A stretch of DNA of 64,000 nucleotides from Actinomycetota bacterium (GTDB taxonomy: Bacteria; Actinomycetota; UBA4738; HRBIN12), in assembly GCA_035711865.1 (NCBI GenBank), contig DASTBT010000004.1:6439-70438 (forward strand), in the 5' to 3' direction. Under the pieces are notes generated by a model. That model worked only from the letters and a program-made list of their open reading frames with translations, was not told the DNA's origin and did not search any database. Positions 28,267-36,995 of the stretch are shown here, piece after piece; positions within the stretch are counted from its first letter, which is position 1, and each line of letters opens with the position of its first letter. The position numbers and the translations under genes are program-made.

Positions 28267-28994
28267 CACGATCTCCTCCCCGGTCCTCGCCGGACCACGG
28301 TGAACTCGAACGCGTCCGCGAGGTGATGCTCGTGCGAGAGCAGCAACGGCTCGCCCGATCGGCCGAAGTCGACCTGGCGCAGGTACAGCAGCGCCGCTCC
28401 GCCCCTGACGCCCAATCTCTTCGCGAGTGATCGGTCGGCCCGTGCGGGCTCGACGCGCACGACTCCGTGCGCGACCGGACTGCCGTGGCGCTCCAGCAGC
28501 TCGTACAGCGAACCGTCGAGCGGCATTGCGCTCAGCTCGCCTGCTGCGATCAACGAGACAGAGACCACGTCGAGCGAGAGCACGACCGGGTCGTCGTCTG
28601 CGGTACGCACCCGTTCGAGGCGCACCACGGGATCGCCGGGCTGCAGGTCGAGCGCCTCGGCCTCCTCGCCGTCGGCCCCACCCGTGTGCACGGCGGATCG
28701 GCTCGTACCCGGCTCCATGCCGGCGGCCCTGATCGCCTCGGTCACGCCGAAGTTCACATCGAGGTTGTTGCGCAGCCGGGGCCGGTGGGTGGCGTAGGTG
28801 CCGGCGCCGCTCGTGCGGGTGACGAACCCGTCCTCCTCCAGCGACCGCAACGCCTCGCGGAGCGTCGGGCGCGACACGCCGAGCTCTTCGGCGAGCTCTG
28901 GCTCGGGCGGCAGCTTCGACCCCGGCGGGATACGTCCCGTGGCGATGCGTGAGACCAGGTCGTCGCGCACCCGGAACGACAACCGCTTCTTCAC
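28266..28994 (-). CDS. GntR family transcriptional regulator (HutC-like, UTRA effector domain)
   Basis: wHTH region LPPEPELAEELGVSRPTLREAL followed by a C-terminal UTRA-like domain. The most plausible start is GTG 28994 (VKKRLSFRV); the ORF is open to 29024. Confidence 0.75.
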   Translation of the reverse strand: MKKRLSFRVRDDLVSRIATGRIPPGSKLPPEPELAEELGVSRPTLREALRSLEEDGFVTRTSGAGTYATHRPRLRNNLDVNFGVTEAIRAAGMEPGTSRSAVHTGGADGEEAEALDLQPGDPVVRLERVRTADDDPVVLSLDVVSVSLIAAGELSAMPLDGSLYELLERHGSPVAHGVVRVEPARADRSLAKRLGVRGGAALLYLRQVDFGRSGEPLLLSHEHHLADAFEFTVVRRGPGRRS

Positions 28995-29028
28995 CGACGA
29001 CCACCCCCTCGCGTCGGGACACACTACA

Positions 29029-29041
29029 TTTGTCTGACAAA
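29029..29041. promoter_or_regulatory. palindromic candidate operator TTTGTC-T-GACAAA in the divergent GntR / membrane-protein promoter region
   Basis: Perfect 6+1+6 inverted repeat, 35 nt upstream of the regulator start and 37 nt upstream of the + strand gene. The GTCTGAC core resembles HutC-subfamily operators (GT-N-TA-N-AC type). Confidence 0.45.
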
Positions 29042-29077
29042 TCGTGTCAAAGGAGCCGCCCGGCCTACCATGGGCCG

Positions 29078-29362
29078 ATGGATGCGCTCAGCGTCGGCGT
29101 CCCCGTGCTGTCCGGGCCGGCCGCCGGATGGAACTTCTGGCCCGTGCTGGGCATCCCCTTGGCTTGGCTACTGGTGTTCGGGTGGCTCCGCGTCCCGCTG
29201 CGGCCCGGCATCGCGATCGGGGTGACCGTGGTCGGGCTGCTCTCCGCGGACGCGGTCTCGACCTGGGGCGTGGCACCGGTGGTCATCGGAGTCTCCTTGC
29301 TCCTGGCCGCGATCACGATCGCACTCCGGCACGCGCGGCGGATTCGGCCACCGAACGTTTGA
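29078..29362 (+). CDS. small integral membrane protein (94 aa, 3 TM)
   Basis: MDALSVGVPVLSGPAAGWNFWPVLGIPLAWLLVFGWL…VIGVSLLLAAITIALRHARR is strongly hydrophobic. AAGGAG lies upstream. Confidence 0.5.
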   Translation: MDALSVGVPVLSGPAAGWNFWPVLGIPLAWLLVFGWLRVPLRPGIAIGVTVVGLLSADAVSTWGVAPVVIGVSLLLAAITIALRHARRIRPPNV

Positions 29363-29370
29363 CAGACAAA
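29358..29370. promoter_or_regulatory. second copy of the operator-like palindrome (TTTGAC-A-GACAAA), 63 nt upstream of the APC permease ATG
   Basis: 11 of 12 arm positions match the site at 29029. It overlaps the stop codon of the small membrane protein gene. Confidence 0.4.
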
Positions 29371-29432
29371 CCCTTTCTGTGTCTCCATACCGGGGTCCGC
29401 GCGACGGGGGGTCGGCGGAAGGAGGGTGACGG

Positions 29433-31043
29433 ATGTCCGAGCGCAAGGTCGGATCGGTCACGTACCGGGAGGTCGGCGAGGGCTACTTCGAGGACCGCGG
29501 TCTGCGGCGTCATGCCGGAGTCTGGTCGCTGTGGGCACTCGGGGTCGGCGCCGTTATCTCGGGCGACTACTACGGATGGAACTTCGGTCTGTCCGTCGGG
29601 GGATTCGGAGGTCTGCTGGTCGCGACCGCGATCATCGCGATCATGTACTACGGCCTCTGCTACAGCATCGCGGAGATGTCGCCGGCGCTGCCGCACACGG
29701 GCGGCGCCTACTCGTTCGCGAGGTCGGCGATGGGCCCGTGGGGTGGGTTCCTCACCGGGCTCGCCGAGAACGCCGAGTACGTGATCACGACGGCGGTCGT
29801 GAACGGCGCCATCGCGCTGCTCGCGCAGGAGGTGGTCACGGACCTGTTCAACCTCTCGAGCGACGTGTGGTGGAACAGCGAGCCCTTCTGGTGGGCCGTC
29901 TTCTACATCGTGTTCCTCGCGATCAACATCAGCGGCGTCGAGGCGACGTTCCGATTCACTGTCGTTATCACGGTCGTCGCGATGGCTATCCTGGTCGTCT
30001 TCTACGTCGCCGCGCTCGTGAGCGGAGACTTCAGCCCCGACCTGTGGTTCAACATCGCCGACGGAGGTGGTGAGGCGCCCGCGGGCGAAGGCTCGTTCCT
30101 TCCGTTCGGCATCAGCGGCATCTTCAAGGCGCTCCCGTTCGCGATCTGGTTCTACCTCGCGATCGAGGAGGTCCCGCTCGCGGCCGAGGAGTCGATGGAC
30201 CCGCGGCGCGACGTGCCCAGGGGCACGATCCGCGGCATGCACACGCTGCTGCTGCTCAGCATCGGCACCCTGCTGCTCAACTCGGGCGTCGGAGGCGGGG
30301 CGCTGACGATCGGCGAGTCGGGCACCCCGCTCTTCGACGGGTTCCGAGCGATCTTCGGCGAAGGCACCGGCGCCGTGCTGCTGGGCGCGATGGGACTCGT
30401 CGGCCTGGTCGCGAGCTTCTTCACGATCATGTACGCATACGGGCGGAACACGTTCTCGCTGTCGCGGGCCGGGTACTTTCCGCAGTTCCTGTCGAAGACG
30501 CACGGCACACGGAAGACCCCGCACGTGGCGTTGGTCGCGGGCGCGCTCGTCGGCTACGCCGTGCTGTGGGTGATCTGGTACCTCGGCCGGCAGGAGGGCG
30601 ACCTCGGCGCCCAGGTCGTGGCAGCGGTGCTGAACATGGCCGTGTTCGCGGCGGTGCTCGCCTACATCCTGCAGTGTCTGTCGTTCGTGATGCTCCGGCT
30701 GAACTTGCCGAACATCGAACGGCCGTACGTCAGCCGCTGGGGGGTCGCGGGGGCCTACATCGCCGGCGTCATCGCCGCGGTGGCGCTGGTCTCGATCTTC
30801 CTGAACGAGGACTACCGTCCGGGCGTCTACGGCGTGGCCGCGTACTTCGCGATCGCGATCCTCTACTTCGCGATCGCGGGGCGCCACCGCCTCGTGCTCT
30901 CGCCCGAGGAGGAGTTCGCCCTCACGAAAGGCGAGTCGGGCATCCCCGAGGCGGAAGGATACCGAACGAGCGCGGCAGAACAGGAGGCAATCCTGCGCGG
31001 AGGCGATGACCAGTCGTCGACGCCACCGCCGTCGTCCGGCTGA
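29433..31043 (+). CDS. APC superfamily amino acid / amine permease (PuuP/ethanolamine-permease-like)
   Basis: 536 aa, 12-13 TM. The N-terminal block VWSLWALGVGAVISGDYYGWNFG is typical of APC permeases. GAAGGAGGG RBS. Confidence 0.8.
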   Translation: MSERKVGSVTYREVGEGYFEDRGLRRHAGVWSLWALGVGAVISGDYYGWNFGLSVGGFGGLLVATAIIAIMYYGLCYSIAEMSPALPHTGGAYSFARSAMGPWGGFLTGLAENAEYVITTAVVNGAIALLAQEVVTDLFNLSSDVWWNSEPFWWAVFYIVFLAINISGVEATFRFTVVITVVAMAILVVFYVAALVSGDFSPDLWFNIADGGGEAPAGEGSFLPFGISGIFKALPFAIWFYLAIEEVPLAAEESMDPRRDVPRGTIRGMHTLLLLSIGTLLLNSGVGGGALTIGESGTPLFDGFRAIFGEGTGAVLLGAMGLVGLVASFFTIMYAYGRNTFSLSRAGYFPQFLSKTHGTRKTPHVALVAGALVGYAVLWVIWYLGRQEGDLGAQVVAAVLNMAVFAAVLAYILQCLSFVMLRLNLPNIERPYVSRWGVAGAYIAGVIAAVALVSIFLNEDYRPGVYGVAAYFAIAILYFAIAGRHRLVLSPEEEFALTKGESGIPEAEGYRTSAAEQEAILRGGDDQSSTPPPSSG

Positions 31044-31081
31044 CGCCGACGAACCAAGAACGGAAGGGACACGGCGGCCGG

Positions 31082-31111
31082 TGACGGCCGCCGTGTCTGC
31101 GTCTCGAGGCT
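31082..31111 (+). terminator. perfect 12-bp GC-rich hairpin (GACACGGCGGCC-ggtgac-GGCCGCCGTGTC) between the permease and GS-like gene; possible intrinsic terminator/attenuator
   Basis: Exact inverted repeat with a 6-nt loop, 39 nt after the permease stop. Followed by only a weak U-rich tract (tgcgtctcg). Confidence 0.4.
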
Positions 31112-31122
31112 GAGGAGGGGCG

Positions 31123-32505
31123 ATGGACCAGCAGGGCTTGCTCGACGCGAAGGAGCTGGAGGGCCGCGCCGACGCCGGCGAGATCGACACCGTGCTCTGC
31201 ATGTTCACCGACATGCAGGGTCGGTTCATGGGCAAGCGTGTGATGCCCGACTTCTTCCTGCACGAGATCCTGGGCGAGGAAGGACTGCACGCATGCCTGT
31301 ACCTGCTCGCGATCGACATGGAGATGGAGCCGCTGCCCGGCTACGAGTACGCGAGCTGGGAGACCGGGTACGGCGACTTCCGCATGGTGCCCGACATGTC
31401 GACCTTACGCTGGTGTCCCTGGCTCGAGAACACCGTGATGGTGATCTGTGACGTTGCCGACGAGGACACGGGCGAACCGGTCGAGGTGGCGCCCCGGCAG
31501 ATCTTGAAACGGCAGATCGAGCGCGCGGCGGAGGCCGGCTTCACGATCAAGACCGGGTCGGAGCTCGAGTTCTACCTCTTCAAGGACGGCTACGACGAGC
31601 TCGCCGAGCGCGGCTACAGGGACGCGCGTCCGTCATCGAGCTACATCATGGACTACCACATGCTCCAGACCACGAAGGACGAGTGGGTGATCCGCCAGAT
31701 CCGCAACGGCATGCGCGGCGCAGGCATCCCGGTGGAGTTCTCGAAGGGTGAGTTCGGGAAGGGACAGCACGAGATCAACATCACGTACGCGGATGCCCTG
31801 ACGACCGCCGACTACCACGTGCTCTACAAGCACGGGGTCAAGGAGATCTGCGCGGCCAACGGCGTCGCCGCCACGTTCATGGCGAAGTGGACGATGGAGG
31901 AGGCCGGCTCCTCGTGCCACATGCACTCGAGCGTGTGGAACGCGAATGGCACGAAGTCGCTGATGTTCGATCAGCGAGCCGAGCACCACATATCGAAGAC
32001 GTACGGCCACTTCATGGGCGGACTGATGGCAACCGCGCGGGAGATGGCGTGGATGTTCGCCCCGTTCGTGAACTCGTACAAGCGATACCAGCTCGGGTCC
32101 TGGGCCCCGACCGCCATCGTGTGGAGCCGTGACAACCGCACGTGCGGGTTCCGGACGGTCGGGGAGCACGCCGGCGCACGCGTGGAGAATCGCATCCCCG
32201 GTGCCGACGTCAACCCGTACCTCGGGTACGCCGCCACGATCGCGGGTGGGCTGCACGGACTCCAGAACGAGGTCGAGGCACCGGACATGTTCGTCGGCAA
32301 CGCCTACGAGGCCAAGCGGGTGCCGCGCGTGCCGTCGAGCCTGCACGAGGCGGTCGACGTCTTCCGCAAGAGCAAGGTCGCGAAGGAGGCCTTCGGCGAC
32401 TTCGTCTTCGGCCATCTGCTGAACACGGCCGTGCAGGAACAGGCGATCTTCGACAACCTCTGCGTGACCGACTGGGAGCTCGCCCGCTACTTCGAGCGCG
32501 GTTGA
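31123..32505 (+). CDS. glutamine synthetase family protein (GlnA-like, probable gamma-glutamyl-amine synthetase)
   Basis: 460 aa. GS catalytic-domain motifs (KGEFGKGQHEINITYADAL; SSCHMHSSVW; NSYKRYQLGSWAP; RDNRTCGFR). GAGGAGGGG RBS. Confidence 0.85.
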   Translation: MDQQGLLDAKELEGRADAGEIDTVLCMFTDMQGRFMGKRVMPDFFLHEILGEEGLHACLYLLAIDMEMEPLPGYEYASWETGYGDFRMVPDMSTLRWCPWLENTVMVICDVADEDTGEPVEVAPRQILKRQIERAAEAGFTIKTGSELEFYLFKDGYDELAERGYRDARPSSSYIMDYHMLQTTKDEWVIRQIRNGMRGAGIPVEFSKGEFGKGQHEINITYADALTTADYHVLYKHGVKEICAANGVAATFMAKWTMEEAGSSCHMHSSVWNANGTKSLMFDQRAEHHISKTYGHFMGGLMATAREMAWMFAPFVNSYKRYQLGSWAPTAIVWSRDNRTCGFRTVGEHAGARVENRIPGADVNPYLGYAATIAGGLHGLQNEVEAPDMFVGNAYEAKRVPRVPSSLHEAVDVFRKSKVAKEAFGDFVFGHLLNTAVQEQAIFDNLCVTDWELARYFERG

Positions 32506-32543
32506 ACCGAGTCGCGCGGCCACCGCCGATACACTGGCTCGTC

Positions 32544-33257
32544 ATGCGACCCGTGATCCTGATCGGGCACGCCGATTACGAGACGTTCGGCGTCGCGCCC
32601 GAGACGTTCCGCGACGCAGACGTCCCCTGGATCGAGCACCTCGCCCACGCGGGCGCCGAGCTCCCGGACCTCTCCCAGATCTCCGGGATCGCGCTCTACG
32701 GCGGCGAGATGAACGTCGACATGGGCGAGCGGTACCCGTTCCTGTCCGATGAACGCATCTACGTCCGCAAGGCGATCGATGCGGGCGTGCCCTATCTGGG
32801 GATCTGCCTCGGCGCGCAGATGCTGGCTCGAGCGCTCGACCACCCGGTGCATCCGGCCGGCATCCGGGAGTTCGGGTTCAATCCCCTGCGACCGACGCTC
32901 GCGGCCGCCGACGACGAGCTCCTGTCCACGTTCCGCGACGGCGACCTAGTGTTCCACTGGCACGAGGATACGTTCCGGCTCCCCGAGGGCGCCGCCTTGC
33001 TGGCGACCGGGGACGAAGTGCCCCTCCAGGCCTTTCGCCACGGCGCCACATCGTGGGGGCTGCAATTCCATCTCGAGGTCGATCGCGCCGAGATCGAGCT
33101 GTGGCTCGAGACCGCCGGCGAGGATGAGGTCGCCTCGTGGGGAAAGACGACCGATCAGATCCTGGACGAGACCGACCGGCACATCGAGGCACACGAAGCC
33201 CGGGGCCGCGAGGTGTTCGCTCGCTTCGCTCGCGTTGCTCGACGCCACTCAGGCTGA
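32544..33257 (+). CDS. class I glutamine amidotransferase-like protein (type-1 GATase)
   Basis: LGICLGAQMLA (nucleophile Cys) … QFHLE (His). The 130 upstream codons of the ORF were excluded. Confidence 0.75.
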   Translation: MRPVILIGHADYETFGVAPETFRDADVPWIEHLAHAGAELPDLSQISGIALYGGEMNVDMGERYPFLSDERIYVRKAIDAGVPYLGICLGAQMLARALDHPVHPAGIREFGFNPLRPTLAAADDELLSTFRDGDLVFHWHEDTFRLPEGAALLATGDEVPLQAFRHGATSWGLQFHLEVDRAEIELWLETAGEDEVASWGKTTDQILDETDRHIEAHEARGREVFARFARVARRHSG

Positions 33258-33521
33258 TCCGCAGGCCGCCTTCCAACGGGGAGCAGCATGCCCACCGTGG
33301 CCCACGCGACCTGGGGTCACGCCTCCCGGTTCCCGCCCACTTCCACCTTTCGAAGCCTGCACCGTCTGGCCGGCTCGCTCGGCGAGGCTACGCCTGGGAG
33401 ACCGATCACTTCTCGGGTTCTTCCCCATGGGGAGCGAAACGGGTGGCCGGGGGTGAACCAGGACCGTACCCTAAGGCTCCCGGCGCACGAGCTCGACGGG
33501 GTTCCCGTCGCGGAGGGGCGG

Positions 33522-34910
33522 ATGCAGCAGACGTTCATCGCGAGCGAGCGGACGCACGTGCTCCCCCTGGACCTCGCTCGCCCGATGCCGGTGGTCGCCC
33601 GGGGCGACGGCGTGTGGGTGGAAGACGCTACCGGCCGTCGATACCTCGACGCGATGAGCGGGGGCTCGATGGCCGCCACGCTTGGACACGGCCGGCGGGA
33701 CATCATCGCGGCAGCCAGGGCGCAGGCCGATCGGTTGGCGTTCGTGCACAACGAACGCCTCACGAACCCCGCGCAGGAGCAGCTCGCGCGAGAGCTGCTC
33801 GAGGTCGCGCCCGAGGGCTTCACCCGCGTGAGGTTCACGGTCGCCGGGGCGGACGCGAACGAGATGGCGATCCAGCTCGCCCGGAGCTTCCACGTCGAGC
33901 GCGGCGAGTCCAGCCGCTGGCAAGTCATCTCGCCGGCTCAGGCCTACCACGGCCCGACGATGGAGACGCTGGCCCTCACAGGGCGAGCCGGGCTCCACGG
34001 GCCGTTCGGCCCCTACCTGCCGCGGCACCTGCATGTGCCGCCCAGCACGTGGCGGCTCGATCCGACCGGAGATGCCGCCCTCGACGCCCTCGACGAGGCG
34101 ATCGAGGAGGCCGGGACGGAAACGGTCTCGGCGTTCTTCTGCGAGCCGATCAGCGGGGCGGCCCTTCCCGCCTATTCGCCGCCGGTGAGGTTCTGGGAAG
34201 GACTCGACGAGCGGCGCGACCGGCACGGCTTCCTCGTCTGCTTCGACGAGATCGTCACCGGCGTCGGTCGCACCGGCGACTGGTTCGCCGGAGCGGCGAC
34301 CGCCTGCGTGCCCGACATCATCGCGACGGCGAAGGGGCTCGGGGCCGGCTACGCGGCGATCGGCGCGCTGCTCGTGCGGGAGCACGTCTACGAGGCGGTG
34401 GCGCGCGGATCGCGCCGCTTCCCCGTGGGCCACACGTGGGACGGCGCCCCCCTGTCGTGCGCGGTAGGCCTCGCCGTGCTGCACGCCCTGCGGTCGGAGG
34501 GGCTCGTCGACCGCGTGCGCGAGCGCGGCCCAAGCCTTCGCGAAGAGCTCGCGTCGGCGCTCGCGGAGCTTCCCATCGTCCACGAGGTTCGCGGACGCGG
34601 CTTCCTGCTGGGCATCGAGCTCGTGGATCCGCGAGACCGGCGATCGTTCTTGCCCCGCGAGCTCGGCGTGGCAGGCCGCATCGACCAGGCTGCGTTCGAC
34701 CTCGGCCTCATCACGCTGTCCACGCAGCCCACTCGAGACGGCTACGCGGGCGACCAGACCCTGTTCGCGCCACCGTTCGTCGCGACCGATGAGGAACTCG
34801 CTGAGATGGTCTCGCGCGTCGCCGAGGCCATCCGTCACGTGTCCGATCAGGTGGAGGCGGAGCTCGCCGCCACCCAGTCGTCGTGGTCGCCGGCGGGAGG
34901 GGGATCGTGA
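33522..34910 (+). CDS. class III (omega) aminotransferase, PLP-dependent
   Basis: CFDEIVTGVGRTGDWFA … DIIATAKGLGAG (PLP lysine). GGAGGGG RBS. Preceded by an unusually long 264-nt gap. Confidence 0.8.
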   Translation: MQQTFIASERTHVLPLDLARPMPVVARGDGVWVEDATGRRYLDAMSGGSMAATLGHGRRDIIAAARAQADRLAFVHNERLTNPAQEQLARELLEVAPEGFTRVRFTVAGADANEMAIQLARSFHVERGESSRWQVISPAQAYHGPTMETLALTGRAGLHGPFGPYLPRHLHVPPSTWRLDPTGDAALDALDEAIEEAGTETVSAFFCEPISGAALPAYSPPVRFWEGLDERRDRHGFLVCFDEIVTGVGRTGDWFAGAATACVPDIIATAKGLGAGYAAIGALLVREHVYEAVARGSRRFPVGHTWDGAPLSCAVGLAVLHALRSEGLVDRVRERGPSLREELASALAELPIVHEVRGRGFLLGIELVDPRDRRSFLPRELGVAGRIDQAAFDLGLITLSTQPTRDGYAGDQTLFAPPFVATDEELAEMVSRVAEAIRHVSDQVEAELAATQSSWSPAGGGS

Positions 34911-35641
34911 GCCGTGCGGTTGACGCCGAGGTCGGGGTCCGAGCCCTGATCCTCCAGCACGAGGAGCCCACACCGCCCGGGCTCGTCGCCGAGTGGCTCA
35001 GCTCGCACGGGGCGAACGCCGACACGTTTCGGATCGACATCGACGAGCGCGACGTCGACCCCGCCGAGTACGACCTCATCGTGTCCCTCGGGTCCGAGTT
35101 CGCGGCCTTCGACGACTCGAAGCCGTTCGTGACGCGCGAGGCGGAACTCCTGCGCGAGGCCCTCACCGCGGACGTCCCGGTGCTCGGCCTGTGCTTCGGC
35201 GGCCAGATGTTGGCGCGGGTGCTGGGCGGTGAGGTCTACAGGTCCGGGAACGCCGAGATCGGGTGGCTGCCGGTCCGAAGCACGGACCCGAACCTCGTGC
35301 CGGAGGGACCATGGTTCCAGTGGCACTTCGACACCTTCACGCTGCCCCACGACGCGGAGGTGGTTGCCGATTCGCCAGTGGGCCCACAGGCCTTCGTGGC
35401 GGGGCGGAGCCTCGGGCTGCAGTTCCATCCCGAGGTGACCATCGAGATCATGGACGACTGGGTCCGCGCCTACCGTCACGAGCTCGACGCCGACGGCGTC
35501 GACCCGGACCGGTTGCTCGATGAGACGAAGCGCCTCGCGCCGGAGGCGCGGCGCCGGTCATGGCAACTCCTCGAGCGCTTCTGGACCGACGTCGCGGACC
35601 TCGACAGGTCCCCCGCCGCGACCGACGACGGTGAGCGCTGA
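34907..35641 (+). CDS. class I glutamine amidotransferase-like protein (second copy)
   Basis: GTG start overlaps the preceding stop (GTGA). LGLCFGGQMLA … QFHPE. This is a paralogue of the gene at 32544-33257. Confidence 0.7.
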   Translation: MSRAVDAEVGVRALILQHEEPTPPGLVAEWLSSHGANADTFRIDIDERDVDPAEYDLIVSLGSEFAAFDDSKPFVTREAELLREALTADVPVLGLCFGGQMLARVLGGEVYRSGNAEIGWLPVRSTDPNLVPEGPWFQWHFDTFTLPHDAEVVADSPVGPQAFVAGRSLGLQFHPEVTIEIMDDWVRAYRHELDADGVDPDRLLDETKRLAPEARRRSWQLLERFWTDVADLDRSPAATDDGER

Positions 35642-35642
35642 C

Positions 35643-36995
35643 ATGCAGGGAACGGTCCGGGCGGGCGAGACGAGGGTCTTCCCACGGTTCCTCGATCTCG
35701 AGTACCCGATCATCGAGCGCGGCGAGGGTGTGTGGCTCACGACCGCCGACGACCGCCACATCCTCGACGCCTGCTCCGGCGGGGCGATGGCGGCGTGCCT
35801 GGGCCACGGGATGCCGGAGATCGCCGCGGCGGCCGAGGAGCAGGGGCACGCGATCTCCTACTATTACAACCATCACTTCACGAGCGAGCCGCAGGAACGA
35901 CTGGCCGACCGGCTCCTCTCGATCGCACCCGAGATGGGGCGGGTGCGATTCGTGTCGGGAGGATCGGAGGCCAACGAGACCGCGCTGCAGCTCGCTCGCC
36001 TGTACCACGTGGAGCGCGGCGACACCTCGCGCTGGCGCGTGATCTCGCCGGCGCAGTCCTACCACGGCTCGACGATGGGCACCCTCGCCCTCAGCGGACG
36101 AGCGGCCGTGCACGGACCGTACACCCCGTATCTCGCCGAGCACCTGCACATCCCACCATCCACGCGACGCGCCGATCCGACCGGTGAAGGGGCGCTGAAC
36201 GCCCTCGATCGGGCGCTGGACAAGGCCGGCCCCGAGACCGTCTCCGCTTTCCTCTGCGAGCCCGTGAGCGCCGCGGCTCTGCCCGCCTACGGCCCTCCCG
36301 ACCAGTTCTGGCGCGGATTGGACGAACGCAGGAGAGAGCATGGGTTCCTCGTTGTCTTCGACGAGGTCGTCACGGGGATGGGCCGAGTCGGGAGCTGGCT
36401 CGCGGCCCACGAGTTGCCGATCGAGCCCGACATCGTCTGCGTCGGAAAGGGGCTCGGGGCCGGATATGCCCCGCTGGGCGGCGTGCTGTGCCGCCCACAC
36501 GTGTACGACGCGCTCGACGGGGGATCTCGGGAGTTCGACCTCGGCCACACCTGGGACGGGGCGCCCCTGCCCACCTCGGTCGGGCTCGCGGTGCTCGACG
36601 TGCTCGAAGAGCGCGATCTGGTGACCAGGGTCCGGGAGCGTGGCCCCACCCTCCGCGACGAGCTCGTGTCCGCACTCGGAGGCTTCGCGATCGTCGGCGA
36701 CGTGCGCGGTCGAGGATACCTGCTCGGGGTGGAGCTCGTCGACCCCCGCGACGGGGAGTCGTTCCTACCGGTCGACCTCGATGCCGCATCCCTGGTCGCC
36801 GACACCGCGCTCGAGCACGAGCTCCTCGTGACATCGGTCCATCCTCAGGCCGACGGCCTCACGGGCGATCAGATCATGCTCGCGCCCGCCTACCTGAGCT
36901 CCGACGACGAGCTCTCCGAGATGGCGGACCGCCTCGCGGCGACGGTCCGGGACGTCGAACGAACCGTCGAAGCCATGCTGACGGAGGCCCGATGA
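35643..36995 (+). CDS. class III aminotransferase (second copy)
   Basis: ATG lies 1 nt after the preceding stop. VFDEVVTGMGRVGSWLA … DIVCVGKGLGAG. It is collinear with the gene at 33522-34910. Confidence 0.8.
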   Translation: MQGTVRAGETRVFPRFLDLEYPIIERGEGVWLTTADDRHILDACSGGAMAACLGHGMPEIAAAAEEQGHAISYYYNHHFTSEPQERLADRLLSIAPEMGRVRFVSGGSEANETALQLARLYHVERGDTSRWRVISPAQSYHGSTMGTLALSGRAAVHGPYTPYLAEHLHIPPSTRRADPTGEGALNALDRALDKAGPETVSAFLCEPVSAAALPAYGPPDQFWRGLDERRREHGFLVVFDEVVTGMGRVGSWLAAHELPIEPDIVCVGKGLGAGYAPLGGVLCRPHVYDALDGGSREFDLGHTWDGAPLPTSVGLAVLDVLEERDLVTRVRERGPTLRDELVSALGGFAIVGDVRGRGYLLGVELVDPRDGESFLPVDLDAASLVADTALEHELLVTSVHPQADGLTGDQIMLAPAYLSSDDELSEMADRLAATVRDVERTVEAMLTEAR

